DNA from: Candidatus Oxydemutatoraceae bacterium
GTDB taxonomy: Bacteria; Pseudomonadota; Gammaproteobacteria; Poriferisulfidales; Oxydemutatoraceae
DNA: 64,000 bases
Direction: 5' to 3'
NCBI GenBank assembly: GCA_965219575.1
Contig: OZ244779.1
Location: 1,228,769-1,292,768, forward strand
The stretch's first letter is position 1. Each line of letters opens with the position of its first letter. Both the position numbers and the translations under genes were made by a program. Shown piece by piece: positions 53,901-58,568 of the stretch. The notes beneath the pieces were generated by a model that ran no database searches, had not been told where the DNA came from, and saw only the letters and a program-made list of their open reading frames with translations.

Positions 53901-56218
53901 ATGCTCGCTACGCACGATACAGAGTCTCTATAAGCTACACCGACGGACAAGGTTACCGAACCAATACTCACCACGATGCACTGCGATTCACGACGATTGC
54001 CGACTTCGTCGATAAAGACAACGACGGTTTGATAGAGATTGAAACCCTTGATGCGCTCGATGCGATCCGTTATCAACCGGACGGTAGCGGTTATCGTGCA
54101 AACGCTATGGCGAGTAAAATTACTACGGGTTGCCCTTTGGTCAACGGTGCAGAGAAATGCCGAGGCTACGAATTAGTCGGGGATTTAGATTTTCTAGGCG
54201 ATGCCGGCTATAGTTCAACCGCCAATAAAGTGGCTTGGACGAGCGGCGCAGGTTGGCAACCTATAGGTGACCCTATTAAGCCTTTTACCGGTATTTTCGA
54301 CGGCAACGGTTTTACGATTGCCAACTTGACGATAGATAGGGCGGACAGCGACTATATCGGGCTGTTCGGTGTTGTCACAGGGGCAAATGCCCGGATTAAA
54401 AGCGTAGGTCTAATCGATGTATCCGTTGTGGGAAATGAGTACGTAGGTGGCTTGATCGGTTTTATGGAGAGAGGGAAAGTCGCCGGCAGTTATGTGAAGG
54501 GCACGGTTGCCGGATCCTCTCTCAACATAGGTGGTTTAGTCGGCTCGGTTATTTCTTCGCTTGCTATCGAGCACAGTTATACGATGGCTAATGTGATGGC
54601 AAAAAGGGCGGATAATGTAGGTGGTTTGGTCGGTTTTTGTCAGGGCGATATTCGTAATAGTTATGCGGCGAGCAATGTGACGGCAAGCGGATTTATCTTT
54701 GGAAATATAGGTGGCTTAGTCGGTTTGGGTACGGGAAATATAGATAACGGTTATACATTCGGCGATGTGACGGTGACCGCAAGTATTCGTGTTCAAAGTG
54801 TAGGTGGCTTGGTCGGTTTTCACGCCGGCAATATTCGTAATAGTTATGCGGCGAGCAATGTGACGGTAAGCGGATTTATCGTCGGAAATACGGGTGGCTT
54901 AGTCGGCGGCGGATCGACCAACCCGATGCGAAGTTATTGGAAGATGGATGCCGATAACCCCATAGGTAGTGCCAATAGTATCGCAACGAACTTAAACTAT
55001 AAGGGTTTCACATCGGACAATTTGAAGGCACCGGTTGCGGCGGGTACCATCGACGGAGATGCCTATTACGATTGGAATACGGATCAATGGGATTTCGGCA
55101 CTTTTGAGGAGTATCCGGTTCTCAAATACCACGATAATAGTTGTGCTACTGCCACACCGTCGCCCGATTGCGGTAAATTATTGCTTCATCAACGTATCGG
55201 TCTGAGAGACATAAAGTTGGAGCAGAATGTCGAGGGAGCACAGTTGTATCTCTCCCCCGATTTTGATTCTGCGGTTAAGACTTATACGGTATCGATTCAT
55301 GCCGATGCGAGCGAGTTGAGAGTCACCCCGATAGCGGCTAATCCCGATGCCGGTATCGTAGCCGACGGCAAGGTCTTATCGGCAAAGCACAGCGGCTATA
55401 CTATTGCGATAGACACTTCCGAGCCTACATCGACGGTCATCGTCGTTGCGGCGAGTAATTCGATGGGAACGGAGGATGCCATTGCCTACAAATTGACGGT
55501 GAACAATCGTCTGCCCACGATAGATATTAACGCGCCCACTTCGATAAGCGAAGGCGAAACGCTTAGATTAAATGTTTCTATAACCGATACCGACGGAGAC
55601 GAGTTGCATTACAACCTGACCGTGATTACGGATTTATTACCGGATTTAGAGGAGATCACCGGCAATGTGATAGGCGATACCGATTTTGTGTATGCACTTA
55701 ATATACCCAGTAATCTGCTCGGTGATAAGCAAAGCACCGACGATCTAGAGATCGTGCTGACGGTTGAGGACGGCATGAGCGTTATCGGTGAAACGGTGCG
55801 ATTCCGCGTAATCAGGGAGAATAACGGTGTTATGTCCGTTCCTATACCTACATTACGAGACGATACGTATACCCTCGGCGATATAGATCTATCGTCGGAT
55901 GCGGACGGAATAAATCCTGCTCCCGAGATAGTCTACCGGTGGCAGAAAGAGTTATTCGGCAACTGGTTGGATATCGATGGTGCTACCCATAGAAGCTATA
56001 CTACCGAGGGCATTATAGGTGACCGCTATCGCATATTGGTCGACTATACCGATAAGCAAGGCTATAGACATCGGAGTGTCGCATCGCCGTCGATATCGGC
56101 ACCGCAACAATTTGTATACGATGCCTTGAAATCTAGGAGTGCCGTAAGGGATTTAGTGGGTCGGCAACCGGGTATTTTCATACACGTCAGAGTATTCCCC
56201 GAAGGCCTATTACGCTAG
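38942..56218 (+). CDS. Giant secreted repetitive surface protein 3 (5758 aa from the ATG at 38942), paralogue of genes 1 and 2
   Basis: The ATG at 38942 has GGAGG upstream and gives the signal peptide MNISARFLLLLITVLWTSVSA|QD, matching the start context of gene 4, so it is preferred over the GTG at 38909. Same ten modules. C-terminus IFIHVRVFPEGLLR. Confidence 0.9.
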   Translation: MNISARFLLLLITVLWTSVSAQDSFECNYTTDIDQDEDGLIELCDLDALDAVRYQLDGSGYRESFDAVKITAGCPPSGCNGYELRRDLDFNIEDSYRNLANKAAWTSGLGWLPIGDRLNFFTARFEGNGHTIANLYIDRPSDYVGLFRATSTPAKISDLILSQINIEGNSYVGGLAGHNAGSVAYVGVEGGRLIATGNTVGGLFGANAGTILNGDVMLERLESRRHSLGGLVGHNEGHIRHSVADTGLFGVSQVGGLVGLNARGVLANSRADGTANGSDYIGGLVGLNHARISASYSIGKVISDGSYSGGLVGANDRGGRIADSRASGAISGNLYAGGLVGWNKDSEITNSFALGRVEGNSDVGGLVGWNEGGRISNTYASGSATGVDRIGGLVGSNKGIVSDSFANGRVVASGVHAGGLIGWNYAHQTRDATTVRVIHSYWNSNTVGISLSAGGSPRTTEQLQSPTAPGLLGETFERWDVADWDFGTDEQYPILKHSEGSNTGHLLSGQYIMLSGLLVLDGLTLSPAFDPQTFDYRVHLSDDSLRQIRFSPTIANSTQTISVLKDEETGLPSVNNGETVTVDLNIAPEPTLVTIARHYRIRVVHQSALQVKIGSDRSDHTVSEGQDITFDVSTSEPDLRRVRYHWSQVSPAKPDLLKDLNTRKAELNIDIPDDFVARDNDESPVVLRVEVRVGGTTIVRNTTMTVVKMNNGGISTLAAPTYREGTLTVADISEADLSMEPDGGVDPSSLSYRWQYKLPSASAPWRDIEDATQIHYQIPFVLSAIDNIGYRVWLDYDDNQGYYHRIVSEPRSVMRVVADDGFSDIYYLEDLNAIRNQPNGKYELVRDLDFNSDASYRDPINKAKWTVADYENDADAGWLPIGTIADRFTGTFEGHGHAIFNLQINRDTADYQGLFGVSGSAATVRNVGLPDVKIEGNLYIGGLVGSSGGTIIGSYILGKVSANSFLGGLVGENDGRIINSYAGVVVSALNQQLGGLVGINRGSITNSYATGNVEGGLAGSLVGWNFSADSTIIDSYAIGRVRGSGGGLAAINRGVIRASYWNTETGGLQGRNGSGRTTQQMQLPTAAIGIYESWDGADWDFGNNAQYPILKYAPGPDGDACSVSGLPQCGALISPRLRYGLRSLATAGGVALAPEFDIEVQNRSGIYIGSLRSTDNTIRLIPTTIEPTADIRFYIGDDNTVYDRIRSGETSRAISLKSVGITRIRIEVRGTVTVSYTLYIDHRNTVEFTPINYLEDLRAIHRQLGGSYKLARNLDFEDHGSYLDPLNRVLWTVDDYEDVTDVGWVPIGNEAKPFAGRFDGNGYTISGLQINRDTADNQSLFGVAASSAVISNIGLLNVKIEGGTQAAGLVGTNRGRVVHSHVGGSVRSKNMAGVIGGLVANNDGGDIIGSYALGRVSGISSVGGLVGDNNGKVINSHADSIVTPDSGGSRFGGLVGRNRSLIANSYASGKILTKSSIKGGLVGWNDSQARIVNGYAAVDIVGAVAGGLVGYNRGAIKNSYAIGELRSTGNAIGSLIGSNDGGTPVASYWNSDTIVAGSRNGIGQTTTQLKSPTAPGLPGETFEGWDVADWDFGTSEQYPILKYASGSDGTACGLSGLPQCGDLISPGLRYGLRGLSAADNARFLTPIDIEKLNQNNVYSITILNDRPSVRLTPVAIESTARIGIIGSVRETLDSHDTSLPISLKNDEVKKVIIEVEGTETVGYTLYLSYSAHRVIDEDGDGLVDIDYLEDLDAIRYQLDGSGYRASIGSAKITSGCPRQGCRGYELLRDLDFNDAGSYRNAEENMGRWTGAGTWFPIGGTFTATFKGNNKTIANLSMGVNGGLFSAIGSDSRVAYIDGIGLTGVDIKGNAVAGIAASCKRCTISNSYVIGDIQGTAAAAGLVNTIGATSGGRARISNSYFVGNIAVDGRSSVAGGLVGDVDSDLTITDSYVVGEIGGAHDGGFIGGLVGVRSSSVIEIGNSYASVSATKAGVPQGLFGGNRDPNDQLAPTAKAIYLDKDISRIDVTLGESKRTVVLQSPTSATGIYKNWDSDSWDFGTAEQYPAIKYNLDAASTDGDAYCDAVNIQKRPDACRTVLRHQGSLLQDLKLSEGAGLSGPFRFTSFDYGISVNADRSTIRMLPTASNGIATIEVVKDGNAIGETDSGEWTAPIPLNDSGDTVVGLVVKDGKRHSYRYRFVVNRLDIVTQSVDGDGDGLIDISNATHLNAIRHRIDGRTYNESENTVTIYCSGGCTGYELTADIDLAGIEWQPIGSPNEPFSGVFKGNGYTISNLTIKANNTDNIGLFAAIGAGGRVENLGLVNVDIAGQGRRIGSIAALNSGTIINSYADGRLVDSGGSINVVGGLVARNERGEIVNSYARVNIEAATSFAGGLVGENRGGSVVNGYAGGDVRVDSGIAGGLVGTNGSGGSIVNSYATGDVQVGSGRSGGLVAASSGGGTLNNSYYRKGAVISGTDSLVGIDKTAVELKAGVPSDDVYTGWNTTDWHFGNAEQYPVLFYVTGDDNDHRACATSPTDTELPTCGTLLPGQRAGLARMELSKNAHLTPSFNSEIYDYDLVVDSGTTFRITPTAYYDTDTITVDAAGLRSSTTGGQSLLFTLNDDLDGIVITVRSASHNVPTRYTIKVLHSIAVEDGLITIDYLEDLNLMRNPIERVSAVLKDCPIDTEDNARRCRGYELSRDLDFEDPTSYRSGRVNSVWTTGAGWQPIGDSNNPFGSLFNGNAHTISNLRYSGTASGPVGLFGVSADAARIENIGLVNVDIDVNGQSGIGALVGENRGDIVNSYVVGGDVRGGSYVGGLTGRNSGVIVNSYTDVAVAGTNFVGGLAGGSQSFSRIDNSYASGTVTGNDFVGGLVGLSQISILNSYANVAVIGSRSVGGLVGEASNSIINSYAIGKISGGSEGLIGSSDFGSFFSIQSYWDVATSTVGDDNNDLNGVGKTTSQLQTPAIGEGIYSGWSSDDWYSETGRYPLLRYTGANDIITRPACRTTEDVDSELPVCGTLLPNQRIGLRNLARSNSVGQVLLLRPGFDSGIYDYELVLKSDAREFSIIPYTFNPNAVIVVDDNSEINPQEKLRSSQVTTLQMDNINSFLLTLTVDDPLVSEATQTTVYRFEVIRHPLITVNDIDDDDDGLIEIRSVEDLNAIRYQPDGSGYKASRNDIKITVGCPETGCIGYELVQDLDVDDAMRFADWQPIGYIAPSGDADECNHPSNRCFSGIFDGNNHTISNLRIDKTGTDNVGLFAALADGAQVRNVNLANVSVEGRFGVGSLVAYNAGEIDNSYADGTITGERDVGGLVAYNVGRISDSYAYGAVSGGSSVGGLVARNKNGGAIANSYSLNRVSGDDNIGGLVGLNLGSIVNTHASGVVQGGTLVGGLVANNGGSVADSYATAEILCSGVPACASYTVATGGLIGSDVGGVVANSYWDTGVSKLRVSAGGVGKTTLQLQSGSGQSSDASGAYYRWRDSDWYFGTVDQYPILKYADSTESTLVGLQSYGLTSLTIAEIVTLSPNFDTTKLYYRVGVELDTDIRKLHLTPNALDEDATIGIFSDNGFDETVASGTDSSAIVLRSTGTTVINIEVSGSRRVLYRFEVDYFSSGFEDDVDTDKDGLIDILSLEDLDAIRNALDGRRLRYQNADGVSIESAKGCPISGCKGYELMRDLDFDNPTHYRTGRVNTAWTGGAGWQPIGTSLYPFTATFKGNGYTISNLRVNRADNDGGLFGVIDGSESDVVIEGLGLIDVDIVGGTHVGGLVGTNRAGDIRRSYVTGYVVARGDGTSAIVGGLVGRNVAGSITESYSETQVKGNLSAGLSVALAGGLVALNDGRGRIENSCTAGSVIGSVGVGGMVGENNGSVHNSYAVSRVIGIGALSTVGGLVAVNDAVVDDSYWDIEVSGIASSAGGTSATTAVLRSSTPTSPINSIYKDWDTDVWEFADTNRYPELKAIADVPLLAPEGKSLLQSLTLSDNVRLFPSFHPLVFDYELIAEADRMTEVRLDTTSTRIGTTIDITCRNGLICSPGIPTSFALDGSDTPKITITTHNLDAGELSYSFSVRYHELKIERMTATTTTIVPLSLSVAEGERVRLMVSYHFSLDEDLYRYRWRQSSGDVLKFNDKQSPVDMQNAMLNFMIPDDVVSKQDDSRVVRLIAEVNANDDIYLSKMLSLIISKRNNDTADRIHLLGDSDQPDTYAVRFERDDGSEFVDRDGGFAETRIHWQRRRSDTEDWVDVGNGSPYTIPDEGAYQYRALATYEDNQGYREQFESGVINYLDLDDDGDGLIEIRYLEELDAIRHQPDGSGYKATASADKITAGCPLVNGIEQCRGYELMNDLDFNDDQSYRTLDPSRLKNSWTVSDFSAASDSGWQPIGGFNAVFDGNGYTISNIQINRSVGNTSNIGLFSDMGSGGKVKNLGLIDPAIKGLVGIKNVGGIAGRIERGGVIMNSHVIGDVGAGKTDKIIRGGSGLIGGMVGRNKGLILNSYAKINVIAEDSGTIENRVGGLVGRNIDGGKVYNSYATGEVKGPCIVGGLVGNQFSTNSNQLLTRSEIKNSYATGNVETGFGTCSNSNNKVAAALVGVNTNSKVENSYTLGKVSGSGTLSNLIARGSAPINSYWDSGTTNVGGDASDRTTVKMISTLGPGTAETDIYYRWSTDDWDFGTIKQYPALKYGVGLDKDDPGCDTDPETALPSCDSLLHGQIADMLLLDSLSVSANSRAVRLTPNFMPSRFNYEAVIDAETAPVFIRIVAAADANSEITFRRDGGAPLTKQSDGTVQISESHPFNLGIEIASGNERAANYKIQVHLSYLPQPRILKVINTGISTELVKGNILSLNEGDVVRLDASESFGQNYSRLDYRWSQVSGKPLLPGIQTTSTVKFTVPTDFVAADDDDSTVILKLKLSENNNPLITVSEKVALLVRKINNGNAESDAKWISSDTLSASDLLDDIDGGPLIDVVYLWSLEQNGKFIAIPGATRKSYTPPENARYARYRVSISYTDGQGYRTNTHHDALRFTTIADFVDKDNDGLIEIETLDALDAIRYQPDGSGYRANAMASKITTGCPLVNGAEKCRGYELVGDLDFLGDAGYSSTANKVAWTSGAGWQPIGDPIKPFTGIFDGNGFTIANLTIDRADSDYIGLFGVVTGANARIKSVGLIDVSVVGNEYVGGLIGFMERGKVAGSYVKGTVAGSSLNIGGLVGSVISSLAIEHSYTMANVMAKRADNVGGLVGFCQGDIRNSYAASNVTASGFIFGNIGGLVGLGTGNIDNGYTFGDVTVTASIRVQSVGGLVGFHAGNIRNSYAASNVTVSGFIVGNTGGLVGGGSTNPMRSYWKMDADNPIGSANSIATNLNYKGFTSDNLKAPVAAGTIDGDAYYDWNTDQWDFGTFEEYPVLKYHDNSCATATPSPDCGKLLLHQRIGLRDIKLEQNVEGAQLYLSPDFDSAVKTYTVSIHADASELRVTPIAANPDAGIVADGKVLSAKHSGYTIAIDTSEPTSTVIVVAASNSMGTEDAIAYKLTVNNRLPTIDINAPTSISEGETLRLNVSITDTDGDELHYNLTVITDLLPDLEEITGNVIGDTDFVYALNIPSNLLGDKQSTDDLEIVLTVEDGMSVIGETVRFRVIRENNGVMSVPIPTLRDDTYTLGDIDLSSDADGINPAPEIVYRWQKELFGNWLDIDGATHRSYTTEGIIGDRYRILVDYTDKQGYRHRSVASPSISAPQQFVYDALKSRSAVRDLVGRQPGIFIHVRVFPEGLLR

Positions 56219-56277
56219 TCTATTTCCCTCCTTTATCCAGATATTAATTCTCTGATTAAAAAGAAAATCATCCACGA

Positions 56278-56316
56278 TATAAGGCTTTTATACCTTATAA
56301 GGCTTTTATACCTTAT
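56278..56316. repeat. 18-bp perfect tandem duplication (TATAAGGCTTTTATACCT x2)
   Basis: Read directly from the sequence; lies 15 bp left of the IS end. Confidence 0.9.
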
Positions 56317-56451
56317 TTTAGAATCAGAAAGTGTCAACCCAAAGTAGAAATGTCACCCTTGATGCCGATAAAACCTTCAGGAAACTAGATATCTAAGATT
56401 ACTTTATGTCCGTTAGTTGATTATTCGACTAGGTGATAAATTGGCTAATAC

Positions 56452-56719
56452 TGCTTGTTTTTGCCTAAATCAGGCTTGCCGACTAAAAAACAAGCCCCAT
56501 AGCGTGCCGTTAAGAGACGATCTCTAGTTGAGATGAACTCTACTACCTTCCAATTTCCAAGCATTTTAGAGCGTATGCGGTGCCAGTGCTTGTTTTTGCC
56601 TAAATCAGGCTTGCCGACTAAAAAACAAGCTCCATAGCGTGCCGTTAAGAGACGATCTCTAGTTGAGATGAACTCTACTACCTTCCAATTCCCAAGCATT
56701 TTAGAGCGTGTGTGGTGCC
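56452..56719. repeat. Two-copy tandem repeat, 135-bp period, inside the IS downstream of the transposase
   Basis: Units 56452-56584 and 56587-56719 differ at four positions. Each unit starts with GCTTGTTTTT...AAAAACAAGC enclosing GCCT-aaatc-AGGC. Confidence 0.92.
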
Positions 56720-56814
56720 CGGTTGCTATCTCGTGGTTTGACGAATGATGCGTTTGCAGTGGCACAGGTATGTTAGACAGCCTGTGCGTAAGTCTGGGAA
56801 AACACCGGTTCTGA

Positions 56815-58125
56815 TTACTTCTGCTTGGCACTGAGATAATCCTTATTGTAGCGTCTCCACGGGTGGGTCGGCTTCGGCTTATGACCGCGACGGTGTTTTG
56901 CCACAATCTCATCTACCGCTAGATTGATTGTTTTGTCGTTGTACGGTTGAGACAGTGGGGGGTGTTCGCAGTAGATATCATACGCCAACTCCCGCCCTTT
57001 GTAGAGTATGACAATCTCGCCATTGAGTAGCTCGCACACGGTGACCGATGCGCCACGCATCGCATAACCGGGTTTCTTGGTTTTGATAAGATACTGTATA
57101 TTATGATGCTGACAGATGAGGTTTTTCGATAACTTTCTAGTACTCTGTTTAGACAAAGCCAGTGCTAATTCTCGCTGGGTGAGAGGCATTTTGCGATGAT
57201 AGTCGTGGCTGTCTAGAGGCTTCGTGGCGAACTGCTGATTGTGTTTTGGGAGATACCATTGAGCAAACTGGTTAGCTTCCTCAATAGAGCAGATGTTGTG
57301 AAGCCTCATGAGTTTGACCCATCGGTCTTGCAGGGTTTTGAATGCGCGTTCAACGCGTCCTTTAGCTTGCGGTGTGCGTGCCAGGCATAGTTCAATTTCC
57401 ATTTGTTGCAAAGCACTTTGGAACTGGGTCGGTTGTTGAAAGATGTGTTGCTCTTTGGCATTGTTGCTAAAGATGCTATGGCGGTCGGAATACAGGCACA
57501 ACGGGCAGCCATGGCGTTGGATATGCTGTTTGAGTGTTCGCATATAATCAAAGGTGGTCTCGGCAGCACAGAAATGCAATGCGGTAATCTGTGAGGTGGC
57601 ATCGTCAATAAATATAATGAGCGTGCAGGGGTCGCCTCGCCCTTCAAACCAATCGTGGGTCGAACCGTCAATCTGTATGAGTTTGCCGAAGCCAGTTTGT
57701 CTGGGACGGCTTTGATGCGTTTTGATTGCATTGCGTCGCTTACCCTGGTGTAGCCCCTCTGCAATCATCCACTTGCGCAAGGTTTCAACGCTGAATGAGC
57801 GGTCAAATAAATGCCCATGACATTCAAACAACTGCTCATGTGCAAAAGTCGGTCCGGAATCGTGATAGTTCTCACGAATGAGCTTAACGGCTAGTTGTTT
57901 GATTGTCTCCAGTATTTTATTGTTTGAAGGCTTACCGCGTCGTTTAGATATCAGTGCCTTGATATCCTGCTTGCGATAGGCACTTAATAATCGCTTCACA
58001 TGGCGGACGCTGATGTTGAGCATCTGTGCGGCCTTGGCTCTCGGTAATTTTTCCTCCAAGCATCGCTTGAGGACATGGTGGCGTTCTATTTCTTTGTCTG
58101 ACATAGAGTAAGTTCCTTCGTTCAT
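56815..58125 (-). CDS. DDE transposase, IS1202/ISNCY family (436 aa)
   Basis: N-terminal HTH (AAQMLNISVRHVKRL); LIQIDGS.HDWFEGRG, FIDDATS, YSDRHSIF and PQAKGRVER.F.TLQDR (DDE triad intact); C-terminal KP...HPWR; AGGAG Shine-Dalgarno 8 nt upstream. Confidence 0.93.
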   Translation of the reverse strand: MNEGTYSMSDKEIERHHVLKRCLEEKLPRAKAAQMLNISVRHVKRLLSAYRKQDIKALISKRRGKPSNNKILETIKQLAVKLIRENYHDSGPTFAHEQLFECHGHLFDRSFSVETLRKWMIAEGLHQGKRRNAIKTHQSRPRQTGFGKLIQIDGSTHDWFEGRGDPCTLIIFIDDATSQITALHFCAAETTFDYMRTLKQHIQRHGCPLCLYSDRHSIFSNNAKEQHIFQQPTQFQSALQQMEIELCLARTPQAKGRVERAFKTLQDRWVKLMRLHNICSIEEANQFAQWYLPKHNQQFATKPLDSHDYHRKMPLTQRELALALSKQSTRKLSKNLICQHHNIQYLIKTKKPGYAMRGASVTVCELLNGEIVILYKGRELAYDIYCEHPPLSQPYNDKTINLAVDEIVAKHRRGHKPKPTHPWRRYNKDYLSAKQK

Positions 58126-58180
58126 TGCATCTTCTCCTAAGCTGGGTTAAAAATGCTTTATTGTCCCCTAAAGGTGACAT

Positions 58181-58433
58181 GGGGCTGTTGAAAAATACCG
58201 TTTTGCACGATCGTAACCGCTTGCGCCACATAATTATGATAACCACAAAGTCGTAGGGGCAGACCTGTGTGTCTGCCCTAAAGTATCGTTCTGCACAGCC
58301 GTAATCGCTTGCGCCGTATGGTTTTGGTTTCCATAAATCGGGTGAATGAATGTATAAATCGTGCCGACCAACGCGTCACGGGCGGACATGCAAGTCCGCC
58401 CCTACGGTTCGTGGATACTTTTTCAACAGCCCC
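58181..58433. mobile_element. Non-autonomous MITE (253 bp) nested in the IS end upstream of the transposase
   Basis: Perfect 15-bp TIRs GGGGCTGTTGAAAAA (58181-58195) and TTTTTCAACAGCCCC (58419-58433). ACAT is duplicated at 58177-58180 and 58434-58437. Removing the element restores GGTGACATTTCTACTTTG, a second copy of the IS terminal motif. Confidence 0.88.
58253..58405. repeat. Inverted pair of GTAG-type REP-like palindromes (REPIN-like)
   Basis: GTAGGGGCAGACCTGTGTGTCTGCCC (58253-58278, + strand) and GTAGGGGCGGACTTGCATGTCCGCCC (58405-58380, - strand). Each is GTAG plus an 8-bp stem, with a compensatory A-T/G-C change between the two. Confidence 0.8.
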
Positions 58434-58514
58434 ACATTTCTACTTTGGCGAAAGGTGACATTACTACTTTGTGCTTACAATTGAGAAACGGTGCTTTTTC
58501 AACAGTGCCGAATG

Positions 58515-58523
58515 TGCTAAAAT
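58515..58523 (+). promoter_or_regulatory. Possible extended -10 promoter of giant gene 4
   Basis: TGcTAAAAT about 45 bp upstream of the ATG at 58569; no good -35 box. Confidence 0.3.
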
Positions 58524-58568
58524 AAAAACATCATTTAGAAAAATGCTATGTAAGGGGGGAAGCGTAGT

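Larger units (their letters stand above)
56332..58479 (-). mobile_element. Insertion sequence, IS1202 group (ISNCY; IS481-related DDE), 2148 bp including the nested MITE
   Basis: Terminal IRs TGTCAACCCAAAGTAGAAATGTCACC (56332-56357) and, as reverse complement, TGTAAGCACAAAGTAGTAATGTCACC (58454-58479), 22/26 identical, with TGT...ACA ends. Encloses an intact transposase. No flanking direct repeat is visible. Confidence 0.88.

Noticed and set aside
3772-54076. Numerous 60-190 aa ORFs antisense or out of frame within the giant genes
   Set aside because: These are shadow ORFs of long coding sequences. They recur only because the host genes are duplicated and show no recognisable motifs.
3646-56218. 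Giant proteins as RTX/T1SS adhesins, autotransporters, TpsA proteins or M26 metalloproteases
   Set aside because: They have Sec signal peptides, and I saw no GGxGxD nonapeptide runs, C-terminal barrel, TPS domain or convincing HExxH catalytic domain. Only the GLUG-type repeats are shared with such proteins.
56278-56331. Canonical XerCD dif/pdif site next to the IS
   Set aside because: The spacer between TATAA and TTATA is 5 bp rather than 6, and the arms match the XerC/XerD consensus poorly. At best a half-site.
56452-56719. Tandem repeat as a CRISPR array
   Set aside because: Only two 135-bp units, no unique spacers and no cas genes.
57944-58246. 100-aa minus-strand ORF overlapping the transposase start (also 57306..57764)
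   Set aside because: It spans the MITE junction and overlaps the transposase out of frame. The transposase is complete in one frame, so no frameshift fusion is needed.
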